Of a stretch of 42,527 nt of DNA, positions 25,878 to 34,495 are shown in pieces; within the stretch, counting starts at the first letter, position 1, and the number at the start of each line of letters is the position of its first letter. The translations under genes were made by a program, and so were the position numbers. The stretch comes from a virus. Lineage: Duplodnaviria > Caudoviricetes. The stretch covers positions 1 to 42,527 of the IMG/VR virus record IMGVR_UViG_3300027822_000298; one strand, written 5' to 3'. The notes under the pieces are model-generated. The model was given only the letters and a program-made list of their open reading frames with translations. It did no database searches and was not told the DNA's origin.

Positions 25878-26825
25878 ATGGGACAAATATTTAGAAATGA
25901 TTTTTCCACTACACTTACCGCTACAATAACCACAGCTAGCACTGCGCTTGCATTGACCGCAGCACCCTCACCAGCAATAGTTTTAACTGAAAGTGATGAT
26001 TTTTTTAAGCTTACGCTTGTTGATGAAAACGGTAACCGTGAAATCGTTAAGTGTGTTGGGATATCAGGTCTTGATGTTACGATAGGCGTTGCCCTTGGCG
26101 TACCTTCTGTCGATGGCCGGGCACAGGAAAATACTACTGCAATACCTATTACGCATACGGATGATCATATTATTAGTATGCGGACAACCGCTGGTTTGTT
26201 TGAAACTATAATTGCTGCGATCAATACATTGCAAGCCAATACATCCGTTGCAACTATTGCTATGGCTGAGGAAGGAACGGATGACGTTCATCCCCTCTCC
26301 CCTCTGAAGGGACGTGTCATGGTTGATGGGTATGCGCCTTTGGCTACATTGGTGCAAGCACAAGGCGGAACAAACAATATAGCAAGGATGAGCCCTCTTC
26401 GCTCACGGCAATCGGCAGAGGCCGCATATGGAGGTATTTTTGAATCTGGAACAACTTGCATTTTTAAACAAAATACCGTGCCAACCGGATGGGTATTTTT
26501 AGCTGAAGACAATGATCGTGTTTTTATGGGAACAGATAGTTATACAGAAGGCGGTAGCACAGGCGGTAGTTGGACGTTGTCAGGAATTTCAGTTAATGGC
26601 CATGCATTAACTTTGCCTGAATCTCCACCTCATAAACATGGCATTGATGTAAGGTGGCATGACGTTGGGACTTCTGGCACAGTTCGAAATGCTGACTGGG
26701 GCGGAGCGGTTATGGATACCGAAACAAAGTCAGCTGGCGGTGGGCTTGCTCATTCACATGGTATAACTTTAGGAAATTCTTGGAGACCAGCATACGTGAA
26801 AGCTATAACAGCAAGGAGACTTTAA
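25878..26825 (+). CDS. Tail fibre protein 1
   Basis: N-terminal TTLTATIT...LTL..E.V.C..RAQENTTA attachment domain, AT..AEEGTDD...SPL repeats, F.Q..VPTGW collar and HxH motifs (PPHKH, HSH). Confidence 0.8.
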   Translation: MGQIFRNDFSTTLTATITTASTALALTAAPSPAIVLTESDDFFKLTLVDENGNREIVKCVGISGLDVTIGVALGVPSVDGRAQENTTAIPITHTDDHIISMRTTAGLFETIIAAINTLQANTSVATIAMAEEGTDDVHPLSPLKGRVMVDGYAPLATLVQAQGGTNNIARMSPLRSRQSAEAAYGGIFESGTTCIFKQNTVPTGWVFLAEDNDRVFMGTDSYTEGGSTGGSWTLSGISVNGHALTLPESPPHKHGIDVRWHDVGTSGTVRNADWGGAVMDTETKSAGGGLAHSHGITLGNSWRPAYVKAITARRL

Positions 26826-26826
26826 T

Positions 26827-27144
26827 ATGGAACATAAAAATATAAACTATGAGAATGCTTTTAACTGTAAAAATTGCCCCCAATGCAATACGTCAAAGGG
26901 GTGCCCTGCTTGGTTAGAAATGATCGAGGAAGACGATAAAGGGAATAAACGTATCATTAAAATGTGTGACAGAGTATATGAAAAATATTTCTGGATTAAT
27001 GTAACAAAAGCCCTTGCAATCCTTACCGAAAATGTATCAAAAACAAATAATCTTTACACCGATGGTATTGTAGCAATAGGACATGCAATACAACAACATC
27101 AAAATCAACAGATACCGCAACATGATATAAAAATGGTTAGATAA
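26827..27144 (+). CDS. Cys-rich tail-fibre-associated protein (possible chaperone)
   Basis: CKNCPQC....CPAW...C between the two fibre genes. Confidence 0.55.
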   Translation: MEHKNINYENAFNCKNCPQCNTSKGCPAWLEMIEEDDKGNKRIIKMCDRVYEKYFWINVTKALAILTENVSKTNNLYTDGIVAIGHAIQQHQNQQIPQHDIKMVR

Positions 27145-29040
27145 ATGCTTAAAGTAAGAAACAATTACAAAACAAAGCTGACAAAAAGCATTACAGCGTC
27201 AACTACAGAATTGCAGATTGATAGAGCACCTTCCCCTATTATGACGCTTTCAAATAGTGATGACCATTTTTTATTGATGTTAACTGATGAGGAAACCGGC
27301 GACTATGAAGTAATTAAATGTGTCGGGATAATAGGCAGGATAGTAACGGTCGGAATAACCTTAAACACTCCGAACATAAACGGGCGAGGGTATGATAATA
27401 CAACAGCGCTTACAATTGATAAAGACGAAGATCATACATTACGCATGGTTGTGACTTCGAATGCGCTTGATGAGTTTTTAGCCAATTTAGCGGCTATAGA
27501 TGCATCATTTCTTATTGCTTCCACTGCCGAGGCCGAAGCTGGCGTAAACGATGAACACGTCCTGTCATCCTTGAAGGGCGTAGAGATGTTTGAGGCTTAT
27601 GCGCCTTTAGCATCTCAAATACAAGCTGAAACCGGAACCGATAATGTGTCGCGGATGTCGCCTTTAAGGGAGAAACAAGGCCTATATTCTTATCTTGGAG
27701 AAAATCTTCCGGTTGATACAGCCATGTTTTTCAAGCAAAACACGGTCCCGACAAATTGGGTCTTTGATTCTTCTTGCAACGACATGGTAATACTTAATAC
27801 ATCAACACAAAGTGAAGGCGGGAGCACAGGCGGTAGTTGGACGTTGTCAGGAATAAGCGTTAATGGTCATGCTGTAACATTGCCAGAATTTCCAAGCCAC
27901 AAGCATGGCATTGATGTAAGATGGCACGTAGCTTCCACCGGGGGCACAGTTAGAAATGCTGATTGGGGTGGAACACATATGGATACTGAAACAAAGGCCG
28001 CAGGTGGAGGACTTGCGCATACACACAGTATGACTTTAGGGAATACTTGGAGACCAGCTTACAGTAAACTTATTTCTTGTAGATACCGTAATTTGATAAA
28101 TGCTTTTATTTTTACAGTGCAAACAACGAGTACGAACGAAACTTTTTCTCTCCCCCTTGAGGCAAGCGGGACATATGATTTTACAATACGCTGGGGAGAT
28201 GAAACAGACGATAGCATAACGATTTATAATCAAGCCGAGGTTACTCATACATATACCAATGCAGGAACATATGAGATTTCTATTAATGGGACAATTAATG
28301 GATGGCAGGTCAATTATTATTCAGATAAAGATAAGATTTATGAGATAAAGAATTGGGGGTGCCTGCAAATAGGAAATAATGGTTTTTATTTTTCTGGATG
28401 TTCAAATCTTACTATAACCGCTACAGATATATTATGCTTAGAAGGCACGACTACATTACTGGGCTTATTTACTAATTGTTCGGTGTTAACTATTTGCCCT
28501 TCAATGAATGATTGGGATGTAGGTAATGTGACAACTATTGAGTCAATGGTTATGTATGCTCCAATGTTTAATCAATTTATAGGGAATTGGGATACCAGTA
28601 GCATAGTAGATGCAAGGAGTGCGTTTAGAGGAGCGACTGCTTTTAATCAAAATATAAGCAACTGGGTTCTTGGGAATAATGTATATTTTACTTCTATGTT
28701 TAGAGATGCTTCAGCTTTTAACCAAAATTTAAGTGGTTGGGATACTGTCAGCGGTACATATGCAGCTCGTATGTTTTCTGGTGCGACTGCCTTTAACCAA
28801 AATATAGGAAGTTGGGATATAAGCAGCATGACAGATATGAGTAGTATGTTTTTAACTGTTACTCTTTCGACAGCAAATTATGATGCCCTATTGATCGGAT
28901 GGGAAGCCCAGGCGGTTCACGACAACATATCTTTTGATGGTGGCAATTCAAAATACACAGGCGGCGGAGCAGCAGCGTCAGCAAGATTAGCCTTAGAAAC
29001 AGACCATAACTGGACGATAATTGACGGCGGCATTGCATGA
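27145..29040 (+). CDS. Tail fibre protein 2: full paralog of fibre 1 extended by PKD-like and DUF285/BspA-type repeats
   Basis: First ~315 aa align with fibre 1. Then YDFTIRWGD...THTY..AGTYEISI.G and repeated MF..A.AFNQ.I..WD.S. Confidence 0.85.
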   Translation: MLKVRNNYKTKLTKSITASTTELQIDRAPSPIMTLSNSDDHFLLMLTDEETGDYEVIKCVGIIGRIVTVGITLNTPNINGRGYDNTTALTIDKDEDHTLRMVVTSNALDEFLANLAAIDASFLIASTAEAEAGVNDEHVLSSLKGVEMFEAYAPLASQIQAETGTDNVSRMSPLREKQGLYSYLGENLPVDTAMFFKQNTVPTNWVFDSSCNDMVILNTSTQSEGGSTGGSWTLSGISVNGHAVTLPEFPSHKHGIDVRWHVASTGGTVRNADWGGTHMDTETKAAGGGLAHTHSMTLGNTWRPAYSKLISCRYRNLINAFIFTVQTTSTNETFSLPLEASGTYDFTIRWGDETDDSITIYNQAEVTHTYTNAGTYEISINGTINGWQVNYYSDKDKIYEIKNWGCLQIGNNGFYFSGCSNLTITATDILCLEGTTTLLGLFTNCSVLTICPSMNDWDVGNVTTIESMVMYAPMFNQFIGNWDTSSIVDARSAFRGATAFNQNISNWVLGNNVYFTSMFRDASAFNQNLSGWDTVSGTYAARMFSGATAFNQNIGSWDISSMTDMSSMFLTVTLSTANYDALLIGWEAQAVHDNISFDGGNSKYTGGGAAASARLALETDHNWTIIDGGIA

Positions 29041-30989
29041 AAATAAAAATATCAGAATTTGGTGGTATGGCTCCTGGTACAGCCGGACATCTATTGCCCG
29101 CTAACGGTGCTCAAGATACCGAAAATATTAATTATGATAAAGGTGATCTCCGGGCATGGAAGATGCCGTTTTTAACAGCTTCTATTATAAGTACATATGA
29201 TGCAACAGTACAATATTTATATGCTGATGCAAAACGAGTTATTTACAGTGGGCGGCTTTATTATTGCACAAGCGATACCCCTAACCCTGCGGGTGCATGG
29301 GATGATACTAAATGGACGTTAATTCCAATACAAAGTTTATTCAGATTTGAAGAAAATTCTAATTCTCACTGGATTGTTTCAGATAAGACACGCGATTATG
29401 TCCGATCATTGAACCCTTCAGATATATATGAACGGGTTTATCTCTCCGGAGAAAATGAATTGTGGGTATATTGCAATGATCTGGTATCCTCCCCTTTTGA
29501 TCCTTGGGGAGATTATTACAAATTAGGAGTACCGGCACCAACTGCGGCGTGTGTGATAGATACTTATACAGGTGGCGGTTCTGATTACAGGGCCTGGTAT
29601 TATACTTATGTAAACAAGTATGGAGAAGAAGGCTCTCCAAGTGATATTGTTGAGGTTACTGATTATCTTTCAGGGAATGTTACTCTTGATACTTTTACGG
29701 AACCGCCTGGAGAAAGGGCTTTAGAAAATGGTAGAATACGTTTATACAGAACAAATTCGTCAACTGCCGGGATAGCGGAATTTCAAAAAGTCAAAGATAC
29801 AAATGTAAATGGGTTTACGTTTGCGACTGACTCCATAACAGATGATGTAGCATCAGATGACCTTGGGGAAGTGTGTCCTTCTGAGACATGGAGTGTTCCG
29901 CCTGATGACCTTGAAGGGTTAACGCTGTTTTCGTCTAACATAATGGTTGCATTTAAAGATAATATTCTCCATATGAGCGCACCTGGGTTTCCGCATGCTT
30001 GGCCGACTGAAAACCAATATCCAATAGCTTCGCTTATTAAGGGGATCAAAGTCTATGGCGCCATCATTTATGCCGTAACGGACGATTTATATTATTTTTT
30101 TTACGGCGATGACCCTGGGAATATGAGTAAGGATAATTCAGAAACAATGTATCCTTGTTCATCCAAAGCGAGTATGGCAACATGCAATGCGGGTGTACTT
30201 TTCGCGGGGAATGAAGGCTTAATGCTATTAAACGCAAGTGGTTGTAATAACATAACTCAAAACAGTGTTTATGGAGTTCAAGATTGGATTGATATGAATC
30301 CAACGACCATGAACGGTACGTTTTACAACGGAAAGTATTTTTTCTTTTATACAGATATAGATGGAAAAAGAAATGGAGCGCTGCTTGATATCGGGAGCGG
30401 AAATAAATTAACAAAACTCTCATTGTTTGCGTATGCCAGTTATTCCAATTACGGTGATGGCAAATTATATATGATACTTGCTGAAAATAATCGGTACGCC
30501 GCCGATGCCATGATGTATATCAAACAGTGGAATGCTGACCCATATAATTATTTGAGGCGATTATGGAAATCCAGAAAATATTTATTACCGAATGAAATGA
30601 TATTTTCTGTAGGTCGTGTTTTTATAGACAGGCAATATCACCAAACAATTTTAGATACTGCTGAGGATGAAGACTATATTAAGGATTTAAACGCTCCTAT
30701 TTTTGCCAGTGGAAATGTTTCCGGTGAAATCAATAGTGATAATATTACTGTTTTTGAAATTAATGGGGATAATTTATATTCTCCGTCCTTCATCCAAATA
30801 AACGCCAATGCTGACTTGGAAATATACATAGACTGCGAACTTGTCCACTCTGAGCCAATAATGAATAACAATATTTTTAAAATTTTAAAAAGCGCTAAAG
30901 GAAGTGAATTGGAAATGATAGCGTCTGGGTATATACCTATGTACACAATAGAGCTTGCAGGTTCCGCACAAGAAATGATAACATCATGA
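29037..30989 (+). CDS. Tail nozzle / DNA-stabilisation protein (P22 gp10 / tubular protein B-like)
   Basis: I.I..FGGM.P...HLLP...AQ...N, YYTYV..YGEEGSPS, W..PP..L.GL, P.AWP, PCSSK.S, W.SRKY. Confidence 0.8.
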   Translation: MKIKISEFGGMAPGTAGHLLPANGAQDTENINYDKGDLRAWKMPFLTASIISTYDATVQYLYADAKRVIYSGRLYYCTSDTPNPAGAWDDTKWTLIPIQSLFRFEENSNSHWIVSDKTRDYVRSLNPSDIYERVYLSGENELWVYCNDLVSSPFDPWGDYYKLGVPAPTAACVIDTYTGGGSDYRAWYYTYVNKYGEEGSPSDIVEVTDYLSGNVTLDTFTEPPGERALENGRIRLYRTNSSTAGIAEFQKVKDTNVNGFTFATDSITDDVASDDLGEVCPSETWSVPPDDLEGLTLFSSNIMVAFKDNILHMSAPGFPHAWPTENQYPIASLIKGIKVYGAIIYAVTDDLYYFFYGDDPGNMSKDNSETMYPCSSKASMATCNAGVLFAGNEGLMLLNASGCNNITQNSVYGVQDWIDMNPTTMNGTFYNGKYFFFYTDIDGKRNGALLDIGSGNKLTKLSLFAYASYSNYGDGKLYMILAENNRYAADAMMYIKQWNADPYNYLRRLWKSRKYLLPNEMIFSVGRVFIDRQYHQTILDTAEDEDYIKDLNAPIFASGNVSGEINSDNITVFEINGDNLYSPSFIQINANADLEIYIDCELVHSEPIMNNNIFKILKSAKGSELEMIASGYIPMYTIELAGSAQEMITS

Positions 30990-31129
30990 CGATACCTAAA
31001 ATCAAAGAACCCACCATGTCGGCTGATAATGTTGACATTAGAAAGATTTATGATATTTTGAGAAGCATTAAGAGGGCGGTGGAATGGCTAGATACGGAAA
31101 TCAAGAGAGTGGAATCGCTGATTCCATAA
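30986..31129 (+). CDS. Small hypothetical protein (47 aa); not in ORF track
   Basis: ATGA overlap; MTIPKIKEPTMSADNVDIRKIYDILRSIKRAVEWLDTEIKRVESLIP. Confidence 0.5.
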   Translation: MTIPKIKEPTMSADNVDIRKIYDILRSIKRAVEWLDTEIKRVESLIP

Positions 31130-31644
31130 AAATTATTCCATATGTTAAGCAGGACGGTATCCCCTCTTTTCGGGATTCTGAGATTGTTTATTTATGGGAA
31201 AAAGCTGTTCAAGAAAATCTTAATGAATTTATTCTGTTTGACATTGTCGAGAAAACTAAAACTTCTTTTTTGTATTATATGAAACATATAGATATTCAAC
31301 TTTTTATAATTTTTTTTAAAGAAAAACTTGCCGGTTTTGTTTGGCTATCAGATACCTTTTCAAAAAAAGCAAATATACATGGAATTCTTTTTAAAGAATT
31401 TTGGGGTAAAAAGGCTATTAAAATAGGAAGTTTTGTGCTTAATTTTATTATAAATTTAAAGTTTAAGGATAAATTTTTATATGATGTGCTTGTTGGAATT
31501 ATTCCTGCCGAAAATTTACCCGCTTGTTCTTTTGCGCCAAAGATAGGCATGCTTTATTCTGGGGAGATACCTTTTTTTTTATTTTCTGCTAAACAAAAAA
31601 AACAAATTCCAGCGCATTTTTTTTATTACGTCAGAGGTTCATAG
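31084..31644 (+). CDS. GNAT-fold acetyltransferase-like protein
   Basis: LAGFVWL......ANIH....KEFWG...LVGIIP..N..A..F..KIG....GEIP; usual position before podovirus ejection genes. Confidence 0.75.
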   Translation: MARYGNQESGIADSIKIIPYVKQDGIPSFRDSEIVYLWEKAVQENLNEFILFDIVEKTKTSFLYYMKHIDIQLFIIFFKEKLAGFVWLSDTFSKKANIHGILFKEFWGKKAIKIGSFVLNFIINLKFKDKFLYDVLVGIIPAENLPACSFAPKIGMLYSGEIPFFLFSAKQKKQIPAHFFYYVRGS

Positions 31645-31647
31645 GCT

Positions 31648-32304
31648 ATGAAAATAACGACAAAAATTATATACAACATGGAAACATGGGATGTAATAGA
31701 AGAAGAATCTTTTGAGTATAATGGTGAAGTTAGCCTTTGTGGTGGCAGTGGTGGGTCATCGCAAAAAATAGATTATGAATATAATCGGCGGATGGCTGAT
31801 CTGGCTGAACGCGAAACAACTATGTCAGAAAAATATTTTGATGCCTGGAACCTTAGCCCAAGAAGATTGGAAGAAGAAACTGCCGCTGCTAATATAGGTC
31901 TTTTGCCATTACAAACCAGAGAAGAAAGAGCCTCAATACCTCTTCGTGGAGAAACTGAAAGATTAGGCTTAAAACATCAGCAAGAATTAATGGAAAGCAG
32001 CGGAAGATTTTTAAGAGAACGTGCGCCAGTTCAAACAGAATTTTTCAAACAAGCATTAACCGGGGTTAACGTTGGCAAGCGTAAAGAAGAAGCTGTCGCA
32101 GGGGTTGAACATGCATATAGTCAAATGATGCCACAATATGAACAGAGTCTTGGAAGGCGCGGACTAACAGCCAGACCTGGAGATTTGCGTAAAATGTTAT
32201 TTGATAAAGCTAAAGCAAAAGCCGGAGAATCAACTCATGCCGGGACAACTGCTGAAGCTGAAAACTTTGAAAGACTCAATCTTGCCACTGGTTTTAGGCA
32301 ATAG
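31648..32304 (+). CDS. Internal virion / ejection protein 1
   Basis: MKI.TKI......VIEEESFEY.G.V.LCGGSGGS leader followed by a helical body. Confidence 0.65.
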   Translation: MKITTKIIYNMETWDVIEEESFEYNGEVSLCGGSGGSSQKIDYEYNRRMADLAERETTMSEKYFDAWNLSPRRLEEETAAANIGLLPLQTREERASIPLRGETERLGLKHQQELMESSGRFLRERAPVQTEFFKQALTGVNVGKRKEEAVAGVEHAYSQMMPQYEQSLGRRGLTARPGDLRKMLFDKAKAKAGESTHAGTTAEAENFERLNLATGFRQ

Positions 32305-32315
32305 GATATAAAAAA

Positions 32316-32876
32316 ATGATAAAACCTTTTTATGATAGTCCTGACACCGATAGACTGAAAAGCCCGGCAACACAAGGATTAGGCAGAGCACGCGGTTTAT
32401 TGGGGAGTATGCAAAGAAAGGAAAGCATACCTAAACCTCCAAAAACAGTAGCGGGGGGGGTATTGTCTGGGGTTGGCGGTGGTGAACTTGGGTGGACGGC
32501 TGGTAAAAGTATTGGAGAAATAATACTGGCATCTAAAACCGCAACAGAAACAGCGGTAGGAGCAGGCACAGCCGGAGCTGCTGGTGCAGGAACAGCCGGA
32601 GCAGCAGGGACAGCGGTAGGAGCAGAAACATCTGGGGCTATCGGAGCAGGGTCGGCAGTCGGAGCCAGCGCGGCTGGGGCAACTGGAACAGCAGCAGGAG
32701 CAGGAACAGCAATCGGAGTAGGTACAGCCGGAAGTGGGGTAGCAGCAGGGACAGGGACAGCAGCGGGAGCCGGTGCAATGGGAGCAGCGGGGGCAGGGGC
32801 ATCCAGCGGTAGTTTAGCCGGGCCAATTGGAGCGGCTCTCGGTATAGGGGCAGGGCTTGCAATGTATTATTTGTAA
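32316..32876 (+). CDS. Gly/Ala-rich ejection (pilot) protein 2
   Basis: Long G/A/T low-complexity tract and a C-terminal glycine-zipper GPIGAALGIGAGLA. Confidence 0.65.
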   Translation: MIKPFYDSPDTDRLKSPATQGLGRARGLLGSMQRKESIPKPPKTVAGGVLSGVGGGELGWTAGKSIGEIILASKTATETAVGAGTAGAAGAGTAGAAGTAVGAETSGAIGAGSAVGASAAGATGTAAGAGTAIGVGTAGSGVAAGTGTAAGAGAMGAAGAGASSGSLAGPIGAALGIGAGLAMYYL

Positions 32877-32890
32877 AGAAAAGGTGAAAG

Positions 32891-34492
32891 ATGGATAGAT
32901 GGGGTAGACCAGAGGTTAGAGACTTCATAGGAGTTTCCAATATTGTTAGAGGTATTGGTAATGATGTAAGGACATCAAGAGAGAACAAGCAAGCAACAGA
33001 ATTAACCCAAAAATTTTTAAAAGACCCTAATGCCGATGTTAACCAAGCAGCATTAGGGTACTCACCTAAAGCCATAAAATCAGCAACAGGGGCGGCAGCA
33101 GGATTAAGCAATATCCAGGAAACGAGAAGAACTCTTGCTCAACAAGGCCAACAAAGAAATGTTGACAATCAACTTGCAAGCATGTCTGTTGAAGATTTAT
33201 CGCAAATAGGCCCTAAAGAATTTGGCCAGTTTGGTGATAACGCTTTTCATGCAAGGCAAACGGCGGCTACACTTCTTAATGATTATTCACAAATACCTGA
33301 AATAAAAGAAAGGATAAAAACTGGTAAAGTCAAGGAGTCTGCGGGGAAACATTCTGATTTCATTAAATTTTATAACAACATTGAGTCTGCTGTTAAAATA
33401 GGAGATGATAACAAAGCCTTGCAATTATTTTCAGCATTAACGGATCAATCACCTACTCCATATAGAACCGGAGAAATTAAGAACGGCAAAATAGAAGTTT
33501 TTATGATTGAGGATGGAGAAAAGCAAGAATCTACTTGGATTTCTCCGCAAGAAGCTCTTGGAGAATTGTCAAAATTTAAAGATACAAAAAATTTTGTTGT
33601 TCAATCAATGCATGCGGCCGATGTAGCGAAACAATTAAACATGGAATCCGCCTTAAACCCAATAGTATTTGTTAATCCAAAAACAAATAAAAGAATTAAT
33701 GTTATTCGTAGTTTAAGAACAGACACTAATAATGTTGGTTATGAAATTTTTGATGACAATGGTAGGTTGGTAGATGTAACGGAAGACCCAAAGTATTTCA
33801 CAAAACATGGCTTTAAAAAAGCAGTAGCGGCAGGTAAACCTATGACTGCGGCTCAAGCGGCAAAACAAGGGCTTGCTGAACGGAAATATGCCAGGGAAGG
33901 CACATATACTACGCCAAAACAAAAATCTGATTTTAACGCAAAGGCATTGAAGCTTACGCAAGAAAATTTAGCTATAGGTGAGTCTATGACGCAAGAAGCT
34001 CTTTGGAAAACATATGGGCAACTACATGGGCTTGATGTAATCCCAGGGATAGGAGCTAAAACAGGGCAATTTTTGCTAGGAAAGGGTAACAAAAGGTACA
34101 ACCAGTATGGGCAGGAATTGAAGCCGGCAGGCGGCGCAAAAAAAGGGGAATCTGGTCTGGCTACCAAAAATAGAATTAAACCAGGAGCTGGCGCAAAAAC
34201 AAAAAAACCGCAAATAGGATTAACTCCAAAAAAAAAACAGCAAGTATTCCAACGGTCAAAAATAACTGGTGATCCCAATAAGCCTGTTTTTGATACAAAA
34301 GATATTGCAAAGGCTGCTAAGGCTATATTTAAAGTTGGCATGAAAGCGAGTGACCTCGCCGATGCAGCGCGAGCGTATTTAATAAAAACAAAAAATAAAG
34401 TAACCGATGCTGCGGTTAATCAAATAGTTAAAGCTGCAAAAGCGATGACTGCATCTCAGGCAAAAGCCAGAAAACAATCATTCGGGCAATAA
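32891..34492 (+). CDS. Internal virion / ejection protein 3 (putative)
   Basis: 533 aa, Gln/Ala/Lys-rich, lacks Cys; between the pilot gene and the giant gene. Confidence 0.6.
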   Translation: MDRWGRPEVRDFIGVSNIVRGIGNDVRTSRENKQATELTQKFLKDPNADVNQAALGYSPKAIKSATGAAAGLSNIQETRRTLAQQGQQRNVDNQLASMSVEDLSQIGPKEFGQFGDNAFHARQTAATLLNDYSQIPEIKERIKTGKVKESAGKHSDFIKFYNNIESAVKIGDDNKALQLFSALTDQSPTPYRTGEIKNGKIEVFMIEDGEKQESTWISPQEALGELSKFKDTKNFVVQSMHAADVAKQLNMESALNPIVFVNPKTNKRINVIRSLRTDTNNVGYEIFDDNGRLVDVTEDPKYFTKHGFKKAVAAGKPMTAAQAAKQGLAERKYAREGTYTTPKQKSDFNAKALKLTQENLAIGESMTQEALWKTYGQLHGLDVIPGIGAKTGQFLLGKGNKRYNQYGQELKPAGGAKKGESGLATKNRIKPGAGAKTKKPQIGLTPKKKQQVFQRSKITGDPNKPVFDTKDIAKAAKAIFKVGMKASDLADAARAYLIKTKNKVTDAAVNQIVKAAKAMTASQAKARKQSFGQ

Positions 34493-34495
34493 AAT

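Noticed and set aside
26540-28090. Diversity-generating retroelement TR/VR pair in the tail fibre genes
   Set aside because: Differences between the two similar regions involve all four bases and are largely synonymous rather than adenine-specific, both copies are coding, and no reverse transcriptase is in the window.
32540-32810. Collagen-like or mobile repeat in the Gly/Ala-rich gene
   Set aside because: No G-X-Y periodicity. It is a low-complexity GTAGAAGA-type tract typical of pilot/ejection proteins.
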